Positions 50,759 through 58,130 of a stretch of DNA of 64,000 nucleotides are shown piece after piece. Position 1 is the first letter of the stretch; the number at the start of each line of letters is the position of its first letter. The notes below the pieces were generated by a model. It was not told where the DNA came from. It did no database searches and saw only the letters and a list, made by a program, of their open reading frames with translations. The position numbers and the translations under genes were made by a program. The stretch comes from a virus (Duplodnaviria; Caudoviricetes): positions 2,085 to 66,084 of the IMG/VR virus record IMGVR_UViG_3300025769_000005; one strand, given 5' to 3'.

Positions 50759-50787
50759 TATAATTACATGTATTAGATTTAATTTAC
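50759..50787 (-). promoter_or_regulatory. Class II promoter-like motif upstream of the ERF/replication operon
   Basis: Minus strand gtaaattaaatctaatacatgtaattata. Confidence 0.5.
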
Positions 50788-51536
50788 AGGTAGTCAAGCA
50801 CTTGCGAGTGATCTACGTTGTCTATTAATTTCTGTACTGCTTGTTTTTTTAGTTCTGATACTCTTACATAATCACTTGCTCCTGTTATACCTAAAGTTAA
50901 TGCTATATCTTTAGCTGAGTGTTTATCACAGTCTAAACCATAGCTCAATCTTAGTACTTCAAACTCTTTATCAGTTAAATGTTTTCTTAATAAACCTACT
51001 AAATATATATTTAATAACTGTATGTTATAAGGCTCAGACTTATCAGGTATTTGATACATAGAGTTTTCATCGTCTGTAGGTTGTGCGTCAATAGATAAAA
51101 ATATACTATTAAAAAACATTGCAACCATTTTTTGATCTTTACCATTGTCTTTACGTATTTCATTTAGCTTATGTTCAGGTATACGTATATCACCTCTGTT
51201 TTTATCTATAGCTCTACGTATAGCGCCTTTAATTCTTTTTGATAGAAATGATTTTAAAGTTTTTTCTACGTCTTCGGATTGTTCTAATGTTTCCCAGTCT
51301 AATCTATCTACAGCTTTTGTAAGACCTGCGCTACCTTCTTGTATGATATCATTAATACTCATAACGCCTGAAGCTTGTTGTGTTGTTGAAAACTTACGCG
51401 CTATATTTTCTACTAAAGGTAAAAACTTAGTTATAAGTTCTTTTCTAGTATATTGATCATAAGGCTTATCATCAGGCATACAAGCCTTAACGTCTTCTTT
51501 GTATCGTATGTAATTCTTTACATTATATTTTTTCAT
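50784..51536 (-). CDS. Phage sigma70-family factor
   Basis: Region 2 LPLVENIARKF...DIIQEGSAGLTKAVD...RIKGAI; region 4 VLRLSYGL..AKDIA..LG...RVSELKKQAVQKL. Confidence 0.9.
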   Translation of the reverse strand: MKKYNVKNYIRYKEDVKACMPDDKPYDQYTRKELITKFLPLVENIARKFSTTQQASGVMSINDIIQEGSAGLTKAVDRLDWETLEQSEDVEKTLKSFLSKRIKGAIRRAIDKNRGDIRIPEHKLNEIRKDNGKDQKMVAMFFNSIFLSIDAQPTDDENSMYQIPDKSEPYNIQLLNIYLVGLLRKHLTDKEFEVLRLSYGLDCDKHSAKDIALTLGITGASDYVRVSELKKQAVQKLIDNVDHSQVLDYL

Positions 51537-52134
51537 TTAATAGTTTTTTTTCATGTTTAAGTTCTTCATTAATGTTTCTTAATACTGTTCTTACAGAGCA
51601 GTCTAATAGTCCTGCAACACGAGACCAAGTTATCTTGTTGCCATTGTCGTTAAGATCAATCATACATTCATACACATCGTCTTTATGTATTTGTTTAGAC
51701 TTACCTAACAACTGTCCTACGATTTGCATTTTAGATTTAAAATCTAAACCACAAAAGTCTTTAAATATTATTTTACGTGCTTTGTTTTTAGGAGCATAAA
51801 TTCCACCCCAAAACGTACTTTGTATTATGTTTTCAATGCTAGCTTCACCGATTTTAAATGTAATAAATCCATTAGACTTATCAGCTATAAATCTGACGAT
51901 TTTAGCATGTGTATTCATGTTGTATCTGTTTAAATAACATAATACTAATGCGTGCCAAGTTAATGACTTATAGGACGTTATTTTAGACTTACTATTAAAT
52001 AAATGATAATGCTCATGAGTACCATCTTCGTAGTAATCGAAGTGCTCGGTACTATAAGTAGGATCATCATTTACAGGATTACGCCTGTATATAATCCTAT
52101 TGTCATTTAAATATTCTATTTTCCTATGTGACAT
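51523..52134 (-). CDS. DNA-binding protein with C-terminal HTH (possible replication initiator or regulator)
   Basis: KITWSRVAGLLDCSVRTVLRN HTH. Confidence 0.6.
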   Translation of the reverse strand: MSHRKIEYLNDNRIIYRRNPVNDDPTYSTEHFDYYEDGTHEHYHLFNSKSKITSYKSLTWHALVLCYLNRYNMNTHAKIVRFIADKSNGFITFKIGEASIENIIQSTFWGGIYAPKNKARKIIFKDFCGLDFKSKMQIVGQLLGKSKQIHKDDVYECMIDLNDNGNKITWSRVAGLLDCSVRTVLRNINEELKHEKKLLNEKI

Positions 52135-52172
52135 TAGCCTATTACTCTTTTATTCTTATTAGCTTTTGTCAC
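52128..52172. promoter_or_regulatory. Inverted repeat GTGACA-N33-TGTCAC, site 1
   Basis: Overlaps the start codon of the HTH gene; same geometry at 58507-58551. Confidence 0.55.
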
Positions 52173-52224
52173 CCTTGGCTTAACAAAATTTTTAATTTTG
52201 GTTCTTGTGTTGAAAACGTCTGTC

Positions 52225-52740
52225 TCAACTAAATGTTTGTATAATTTTCTTCTCATCTGGTCTAAATATTAATGGTTCGTCTTTTGCTGCTACTGTATGC
52301 TTTTCTTGTTCATAGTAATTCCAATAAGCTGTAATACTACAACCTGGAACTTTGTACTGATCAGGCATACATTGTGGAGGTTCGTTAAACTCACCGCCTA
52401 ATGGCATACCGACAGGACAATCTTTTAATACGTTAAAGCATTTAGTTATACTTAAATGTACTTTATTATAACGTTTAGTATACTCATCACCTAGAGCCAA
52501 CATGTGATGAAACAACCAATAGTACTGTCTACTGTTTTGTCTACACCATATAGTTGATGGGTGATTGTAATGCGCTTTTTTGTAAGGCACATAACTATTG
52601 TCATACTCACGTTCTTCTGCGTAATGATGATGCGCAGTACAAAGCATCTGGGCTGATTCTAAGATCATTTTAACCACATGCTTATTGTATTGTATCTGTG
52701 CAGCTTTTACAGGGTCTGAATCTAAATAAAATATATTCAT
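52225..52740 (-). CDS. Pyrimidine-dimer DNA glycosylase-like protein
   Basis: MNIFYLD..P...A....KHVVKMILESAQML, HPSTIW. Confidence 0.75.
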   Translation of the reverse strand: MNIFYLDSDPVKAAQIQYNKHVVKMILESAQMLCTAHHHYAEEREYDNSYVPYKKAHYNHPSTIWCRQNSRQYYWLFHHMLALGDEYTKRYNKVHLSITKCFNVLKDCPVGMPLGGEFNEPPQCMPDQYKVPGCSITAYWNYYEQEKHTVAAKDEPLIFRPDEKKIIQTFS

Positions 52741-52815
52741 CTGTAGTGTTCGTCTAGTAACTGATTAGCAACTTCTATGCTTATCAAGTTGTTGTTATAT
52801 AATTTCCATATTAGT

Positions 52816-53667
52816 CTACTCATAGTTTCTGATGCATTTGTAAAATGGATGTCTGTAACTACCAGCTTTAGTACGTTCGAAATATGTAAACGTTGCTGTT
52901 TGGCCTATGTAGTCATGAATGTTGTTTTGTATATCAGCTAGATCTTTGTAAGTAAAGCCTTTGCCTGGTGGACAACCGAACTTAACACCTTGATCGTCCA
53001 TCATAAAGAACTTACCTAGTGTACCTTCGCGCTTGCCTTTACCTGCTTCATAGCCTACAATTGTAGCTTCAGCATCGTGAAAGTCTTTGAACTTTTGTAA
53101 GTTGTAAGAACGTTTGCACTGATAAGGACCGTCAAGACGTAAGATAGAACCTTCGTAACCTTGAGGTAGAAAAGCATTGTGATGTAAGTCTAAAGCTTCT
53201 TCGTGCTTGTTAACTAGATACGATGGCACATAGCGTACAGAATCTGTATACATATCGCTTGTACATAATTGATCCATTCTGTAACTGTATGGCATATTCA
53301 TCACTGTTTCTACATAGTCATAGCAATGAAACTGTACTAGTTTTGCTGCTTCAGATCTGTCATCGTCTGTAGGTTTTTGTTTACGAACAAGAGATATAAT
53401 CTTTTCGAAGTCGTCACGTAGATCGTGGTTGTATAATTCACCATCGAGCACTACGTCAGGATGTATTTCGAAGAAATATTCTAGATCTTCTAGTATGTGC
53501 GCAATGTTGAGCCACGGTTTACCTGTACGAGAGTATGCATATACTTCGCCTTTGTCATTAAGTTGGATTAGACAACGTACGCCGTCAAGTTTTGGTTGCA
53601 TGTAGACTTTTTTAGTCCAGTCGACTGGTTTTGAGTCAACTTTGTATGCGAGCATTGGTTTTATCAT
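52816..53667 (-). CDS. lig: ATP-dependent DNA ligase
   Basis: QPKLDGVR, LDGELY, EGSILR, LQKFK motifs. Confidence 0.93.
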   Translation of the reverse strand: MIKPMLAYKVDSKPVDWTKKVYMQPKLDGVRCLIQLNDKGEVYAYSRTGKPWLNIAHILEDLEYFFEIHPDVVLDGELYNHDLRDDFEKIISLVRKQKPTDDDRSEAAKLVQFHCYDYVETVMNMPYSYRMDQLCTSDMYTDSVRYVPSYLVNKHEEALDLHHNAFLPQGYEGSILRLDGPYQCKRSYNLQKFKDFHDAEATIVGYEAGKGKREGTLGKFFMMDDQGVKFGCPPGKGFTYKDLADIQNNIHDYIGQTATFTYFERTKAGSYRHPFYKCIRNYE

Positions 53668-53924
53668 TTATATTTATTTAATTGGTTTTCTATTTTTATT
53701 ATTTGTTCTTGTAATTCTGCGCATCTTGCGTAGTCTTCATTGCTAAGAGCGAAGTCTAGCTGAGTCATAGCTGTAGCTAATTGAGCCAACAGTTGTTGCT
53801 CTGTATTTTGCTCGTGAAGATCAGCAACGAGAGCTTTATCCCACTCTTGCTGCTTATCTTCTAGAGCTTGTATAACTATGTCTGCTACACGTATTGCCAT
53901 TTGTTCGATTTGTCTGTCTGTCAT
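53664..53924 (-). CDS. Small coiled-coil protein with a UVR (UvrB/C) motif
   Basis: ALSNEDYARCAELQEQI; start at 53924 lies just downstream of a promoter motif. Confidence 0.55.
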   Translation of the reverse strand: MTDRQIEQMAIRVADIVIQALEDKQQEWDKALVADLHEQNTEQQLLAQLATAMTQLDFALSNEDYARCAELQEQIIKIENQLNKYK

Positions 53925-53929
53925 ATTTA

Positions 53930-53962
53930 TATTATCCAGCTTTGTTCGTATTATGTTTGTAA
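53930..53962 (-). promoter_or_regulatory. Early promoter-like motif, copy 1
   Basis: Minus strand TTACAAACA-N15-TGGATAATA. Confidence 0.75.
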
Positions 53963-54408
53963 TTCCAGTCTGTATAATCATAACCATGATTTGGACTCGA
54001 CCATTTTTTAATTATTTTATCAGGTGTTGATACAAATACACACTCTTCAGTGTATTGATTCCAACAACTTACCCACACGTCAGATTTACCTATCCATATA
54101 ATATAAGTATAGTTGTGATCAATACTGTCTACGCTAGGGTATAAATATTGTGAGTTATAATGCATATCTTTAACTAAATGAGCTGCAATTCTTGAGCCAT
54201 CGCCAAAGTTTGTAAAACCTTTAGTATCTTGCATATACTTAATCCAGTTAGCTGTCTGAACACCTTGGTATTCAGGATAACCATCATGATGTAAGTACAT
54301 ATTTACATAGCTTTTGTCTGCTACTTCAGTTGGATTTACAGCAAAACCTTTTACGTATTTTTCTGATTCTTGTCTATGGACTACCATAGTTATGTTTCTT
54401 GTTGCCAT
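53932..54408 (-). CDS. Hypothetical early protein
   Basis: MATR...YLHHDGYP motif. Confidence 0.65.
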   Translation of the reverse strand: MATRNITMVVHRQESEKYVKGFAVNPTEVADKSYVNMYLHHDGYPEYQGVQTANWIKYMQDTKGFTNFGDGSRIAAHLVKDMHYNSQYLYPSVDSIDHNYTYIIWIGKSDVWVSCWNQYTEECVFVSTPDKIIKKWSSPNHGYDYTDWNYKHNTNKAG

Positions 54409-54409
54409 A

Positions 54410-54919
54410 TTATTCGTTGTTTGCTATTAAGTTTAACATATCTATTGATTTAGGCTCGTCAAAACCTTCATCTGTTAATTCATCTTTACATAAATCTGTG
54501 TATAGTTCTACTAGTTCTAGATAAATATCTTGTATAGTATCTTGAATCCAGTATTCGTTATCGAATAGCATAGATAAGTATATTTTAACGTCACTGTGAT
54601 CGTTATCGTAAATAGCTTGTTTAAGCTCTGCAGACAAGTCATTGTCATAGTAGAATATGTTTTCGCTTACACACACGTTTGCATTAGCTTCATATAAACT
54701 TACATACACAGTATAGCCATCAGCTGTACTTTCTTCGTATATGTAGTGATCACAGTCGCTTGACCATGTGTCTGTTAATTCTAGATCGAAGTGTTTGCAC
54801 ACTACTTTCATTACGTGTTCTTCATCGTGTGAATCTACTTCACCGAAGCCTTTGCTGATCATTTTTTCTTCCAGCTTTTTGTCGTACATTTCTTCGTACT
54901 TTTTAATTGAGTCTGACAT
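54410..54919 (-). CDS. Very acidic early protein
   Basis: D/E/Y-rich 169-aa ORF. Confidence 0.6.
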   Translation of the reverse strand: MSDSIKKYEEMYDKKLEEKMISKGFGEVDSHDEEHVMKVVCKHFDLELTDTWSSDCDHYIYEESTADGYTVYVSLYEANANVCVSENIFYYDNDLSAELKQAIYDNDHSDVKIYLSMLFDNEYWIQDTIQDIYLELVELYTDLCKDELTDEGFDEPKSIDMLNLIANNE

Positions 54920-54931
54920 AGTTTATTTAAT

Positions 54932-55162
54932 TTAATTGTTATTTATTAAGATTTTGTCGCCAAATAGTATATCTGCAGATGACCATTCGCTAAGATTTAG
55001 GTTAGCAAACATTACAATTTCACTAAGCTCGTATATAGTTAGTTGACTATAAACTTCTTTGTTAGCTAGTGTGTTATAAATTTCATTTACACTTGTGTTA
55101 TACTTTTCATAGTCTTTGTTTAGACTTAGTAATACTTCTGGTTTGATTTTGTCTATTAGCAT
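54932..55162 (-). CDS. Hypothetical early protein
   Basis: Start at ATG 55162, downstream of promoter copy 2. Confidence 0.55.
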   Translation of the reverse strand: MLIDKIKPEVLLSLNKDYEKYNTSVNEIYNTLANKEVYSQLTIYELSEIVMFANLNLSEWSSADILFGDKILINNN

Positions 55163-55176
55163 ATTATTGTTTATTA

Positions 55177-55209
55177 TATTATCCAACTGTTATTGTATTT
55201 TGTTTGTAA
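55177..55209 (-). promoter_or_regulatory. Early promoter-like motif, copy 2
   Basis: TTACAAACA-N15-TGGATAATA. Confidence 0.75.
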
Positions 55210-55293
55210 CTAGATGAGGAATCGAACCTCAATACTCGTCAGTAGTCGCATATAGAGCACCTCTTTTTAGAACTATATAAACCATACCTAGTT
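55207..55293 (-). ncRNA. tRNA-like RNA B (87 nt, no D-stem)
   Basis: AACUAGG/UCUAGUU acceptor stem plus A; T-arm UGAGG-UUCGAUU-CCUCA; UAUGGU linker; two internal hairpins. Confidence 0.6.
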
Positions 55294-55433
55294 AGTCAGC
55301 TAGTTAGTGTGACTATTGTCTCCTATTTCTAGCATGTGCTAGCAATTCAGTTATGTGATTAGGTACCATTTATCGTGGTATCTTTGCGGCATTCGCCCAC
55401 CTAACCCTAATTAACCTACTCGTCTAGCAATGT

Positions 55434-55462
55434 GCTCACCTTTGCTTTCGCCGCGGTTGAGC
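55434..55462 (-). repeat. Hairpin module CAACCGCGGCGAAAGCAAAGGUG, copy closed by GCU/AGC
   Basis: 55437-55459 identical to 55840-55862. Confidence 0.85.
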
Positions 55463-55616
55463 TAACTCCATTCTTGGAGCATTATAATTGCCATATCTTT
55501 TATGGACTTCATTTCTTCATCAGTTAGATCATTATAGTTTACTATACGTTCTAACGCGTGTTCTATTGTGTCTATTAAATAGCAAGCTTCACGCTCTACT
55601 ATTTCCATTTCTTGTT

Positions 55617-55796
55617 TTATTCCGCTATCCATGTTAATCCTTTATAGTTAAACCAATTTGAAATACCTGCTTGTTCTTTTTCTTCATTATATATAAAGCC
55701 AAATGTTGGAAGTAATTCGCCTACAGCATAACCTTTATACTTTAGACCTTCGCTAGTTTTAGCGGTAGTTTTTGATGTGAATTTTATTCTTTGCAT
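55617..55796 (-). CDS. 59-aa hypothetical protein
   Basis: MQRIKFTSK...KGLTWIAE; directly after tRNA-like RNA A; not in the ORF track. Confidence 0.55.
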   Translation of the reverse strand: MQRIKFTSKTTAKTSEGLKYKGYAVGELLPTFGFIYNEEKEQAGISNWFNYKGLTWIAE

Positions 55797-55809
55797 ATTT
55801 ATTATTTAG

Positions 55810-55882
55810 TGGACGTGGCAGGATTCGAACCTGCGTTGACACCTTTGCTTTCGCCGCGGTTGTCGCTTACCATTTCACGCCC
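55810..55882 (-). ncRNA. tRNA-like RNA A (73 nt), resembling the tRNA-like domain of tmRNA
   Basis: GGGCGUG/CACGUCC acceptor with G3:U70 and A73; AAAUGGUAAGCGAC 5' loop; T-arm GCAGG-UUCGAAU-CCUGC. Confidence 0.7.
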
Positions 55883-55885
55883 ATT

Positions 55886-55964
55886 TACCACCTGTCACTA
55901 CGACTGGCTTTGTACAACTGATACCTTAAGGAAGCCAAGGCGTCGGTTTACTGTTAGGGTGGTA
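55886..55964 (-). ncRNA. Long interrupted hairpin in the leader of RNA A
   Basis: Nested stems UACCACC/GGUGGUA, CGAC/GUCG, UGGCUU/AAGCCA. Confidence 0.45.
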
Positions 55965-56153
55965 TTATTTTCTACGCCATGCTTTGTGTACTGCTGCAGA
56001 TAGTTCTTGTGATACTATTTGTAGCTCGAGCACTTGTTTGTTACCGATAATTGGTATATAACTATAAAGCTCGGTTGTGCTACAATTGACACAGGTTCTA
56101 TAACCTAAGGCTAATCGACCTTGAGGAATTACATTTGTACATTTACATTTCAT
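55965..56153 (-). CDS. TraR/DksA-type C4 zinc-finger protein
   Basis: CKC...IPQGRLALGYRTCVNC. Confidence 0.6.
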   Translation of the reverse strand: MKCKCTNVIPQGRLALGYRTCVNCSTTELYSYIPIIGNKQVLELQIVSQELSAAVHKAWRRK

Positions 56154-56168
56154 ATTGTTTGTTTATTA

Positions 56169-56201
56169 TATTATCCAATAATTATTGTATTTTGTTTGTA
56201 A
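56169..56201 (-). promoter_or_regulatory. Early promoter-like motif, copy 3
   Basis: TTACAAACA-N15-TGGATAATA. Confidence 0.75.
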
Positions 56202-56389
56202 TTGAGTCATTATAAGTGTTCATCATTACATACATCTCATCCCAGCTATGATCTTTGTAGCAAGATGCGCAAAAACCTACGTCATATACTTTAACTTTAA
56301 CAGTTTTTTCAACTATTATAGGATTACCTTGTCCTAACTTATAACAACTATATGACAATAGAGCTATAAGTATTGATAGTTTTATATAT

Positions 56390-56668
56390 TTAGAAGCAGA
56401 CATAACATTCGCCTTTGTTACCATATTTTTCCCATTCTTCATGGTTGCTACCATCACAAGTTAATTCATTTGTAATAGTATGCTTAAAACCTTCAGCTTC
56501 ACCTTGACATATCCATTCTTTTATCTTTTCAGTGTAATTATCAGGGTGATATTTAACGTCTAGCTTTATTACATCATCATTATGACCTGTGCATTTCTTG
56601 TAACACACTTTGTCATCTACTTGTCCTGTTAAGGATATCGCTAGCGCGATAGCTAGATTAGTAACCAT
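56390..56668 (-). CDS. Cys-containing protein with a signal-peptide-like N-terminus
   Basis: MVTNLAIALAISLTG, then six Cys. Confidence 0.5.
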   Translation of the reverse strand: MVTNLAIALAISLTGQVDDKVCYKKCTGHNDDVIKLDVKYHPDNYTEKIKEWICQGEAEGFKHTITNELTCDGSNHEEWEKYGNKGECYVCF

Positions 56669-56846
56669 TTATAGATTCATTGTTTACTATTCTTTCTACG
56701 TCTTGCCATTGATACCAATCCATGTCATGATCACTTAGTTTATTTAAGATTTCAGTTCTTTTTTGTTCTTTACCATTTGTGTTACCTGCGAAGTAACCAC
56801 CGATAAATACTAAGCACGCTAGTGCAATTGTTTTCTTTTTGTCCAT
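56658..56846 (-). CDS. Small membrane-anchored early protein
   Basis: N-terminal hydrophobic helix. Confidence 0.5.
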   Translation of the reverse strand: MDKKKTIALACLVFIGGYFAGNTNGKEQKRTEILNKLSDHDMDWYQWQDVERIVNNESINGY

Positions 56847-56848
56847 AT

Positions 56849-57037
56849 TTAAAATTTATTTGTCATTAATTTATTTATTACGAGTGTCATTACATAGTCA
56901 TGAGCATCATGCAGCTCATCACCTTCAAAATCAAAATCGCTGTATGCTAATTCAGTATTGATTGTATTATATATTTTGTGTAGTATTTGAGGAACTAGCT
57001 TGTTAGCCATTTCATCGAGTTGTTTCATTTTTGCCAT
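56849..57037 (-). CDS. Small early protein
   Basis: ORF coupled to neighbours. Confidence 0.5.
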   Translation of the reverse strand: MAKMKQLDEMANKLVPQILHKIYNTINTELAYSDFDFEGDELHDAHDYVMTLVINKLMTNKF

Positions 57038-57243
57038 TAGTCACCTGTGTAATTAGTTGGGTTATTATTATACATGCTTTGCATTGCTTTGTCATGTAAT
57101 ACTTTGATTTCTTTGTAATACTCTGCGTTTGGTACATTGTCATCTCGCCACTGCATTACACTGTTGTAATCTGGGCTAGTAAATGATATGTTATCAATAC
57201 TGCAAGTATATAATTCTTGTGATTTATGTTTTATTATTTTCAT
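57037..57243 (-). CDS. Small early protein
   Basis: ATG just downstream of promoter copy 4. Confidence 0.55.
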   Translation of the reverse strand: MKIIKHKSQELYTCSIDNISFTSPDYNSVMQWRDDNVPNAEYYKEIKVLHDKAMQSMYNNNPTNYTGD

Positions 57244-57250
57244 ATATTAT

Positions 57251-57283
57251 TATTATCCATTTAACATTTGATTTTGTTTGTAA
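57251..57283 (-). promoter_or_regulatory. Early promoter-like motif, copy 4
   Basis: TTACAAACA-N15-TGGATAATA. Confidence 0.75.
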
Positions 57284-57525
57284 TTATTATACTTTAACCA
57301 GTATGCTCTTTCCATTGCTTCTATCTGTTGTTTACTTATTTTAAACAGTGGATCTCTTTGTCTTGCTTTTGCAAATCTATACAAATCTTTTTTCATATTA
57401 TACATTGTTTATTAGTTTCTATTATACCTAAGACATCTTGTCTTGTTAGTATTCCTTCACTTTGAAGATTTATTATGTGAGTCATATCAATCACTGTATT
57501 ATTTATTGTTTGAGTTATTATCATA

Positions 57526-57696
57526 TTATTGTATTGTATCTACTAGCATATTTAACTCATCAAATAGATTACCATAAGGTGAATCATATACATTATCTAG
57601 TGTGAATGTTTTGCCATTGATTGTTAATTCATATAAGTCATTGTCATCATCTACTAGACATTGAATAAAGAATGCTTTTTGTATTTTTGTTATCAT
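57526..57696 (-). CDS. Small acidic early protein
   Basis: Likely start MITKIQK at 57696, after tRNA-like RNA C. Confidence 0.5.
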   Translation of the reverse strand: MITKIQKAFFIQCLVDDDNDLYELTINGKTFTLDNVYDSPYGNLFDELNMLVDTIQ

Positions 57697-57710
57697 AGTT
57701 ATTATATTAG

Positions 57711-57751
57711 TTGACATAGTGAGAATCGAACTCACATTAACCATTATGTCA
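57711..57751 (-). ncRNA. tRNA-like RNA C (41-nt minihelix with GG loop)
   Basis: UGACAUA-AUGGUUAAU-GUGAG-UUCGAUU-CUCAC-UAUGUCA-A; all 12 pairs Watson-Crick. Confidence 0.65.
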
Positions 57752-57754
57752 GAT

Positions 57755-57772
57755 TGTCATGACAGTTTGTCA
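57755..57772. promoter_or_regulatory. Operator-like TGTCATGACA-N3-TGTCA, copy 1
   Basis: Same arrangement at 58131-58148. Confidence 0.45.
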
Positions 57773-58000
57773 CTACACTAACTCTTTATCTCTTAGTATT
57801 ACTGGAATATTATTAGATGAAGTGTAAGATTTATACTTAGTGAAACAATTCATAGCATTTAATTTATCTTTCATTATTTCATAAGCAATATCATGATTGT
57901 ATTCAATAGTGATACCTTTTTTGTTAGTGAAGTTAATGATTTGGTTTTTACCAATTAGTGATTTTCTGATTACAAATCTTTTAGAATTTAAAGTTGACAT
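57773..58000 (-). CDS. Small basic early protein
   Basis: 75-aa ORF downstream of promoter copy 5. Confidence 0.6.
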   Translation of the reverse strand: MSTLNSKRFVIRKSLIGKNQIINFTNKKGITIEYNHDIAYEIMKDKLNAMNCFTKYKSYTSSNNIPVILRDKELV

Positions 58001-58033
58001 AGTTATTATTATTTAAGTTATTATTTATATAGT

Positions 58034-58066
58034 TATTATCCAGTTAGTTAAGAGTTTTGTTTGTGA
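58034..58066 (-). promoter_or_regulatory. Early promoter-like motif, copy 5
   Basis: TCACAAACA-N15-TGGATAATA (one mismatch). Confidence 0.7.
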
Positions 58067-58130
58067 TTTATACAAGTGTATATTTATTTATGTGTTATAA
58101 ATGTGGAGGAAGTATAAGTCAGTGACTCTT

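Noticed and set aside
55190-55209. Plus-strand tattttg as a Bacteroidota -7 box
   Set aside because: One T short of TAnnTTTG, not conserved in all six copies, and it faces away from the genes.
55230-55250. CUGACGAG resembling a hammerhead ribozyme core
   Set aside because: No stem II followed by GAAA; the sequence is explained as a hairpin in RNA B.
55810-55882. Canonical tRNA-Ala(AGC): 73 nt with AGC at positions 34-36
   Set aside because: A8 and A33 replace the invariant U residues, the anticodon stem has two mismatches, and the duplicated 23-nt module supports the GNRA hairpin fold instead.
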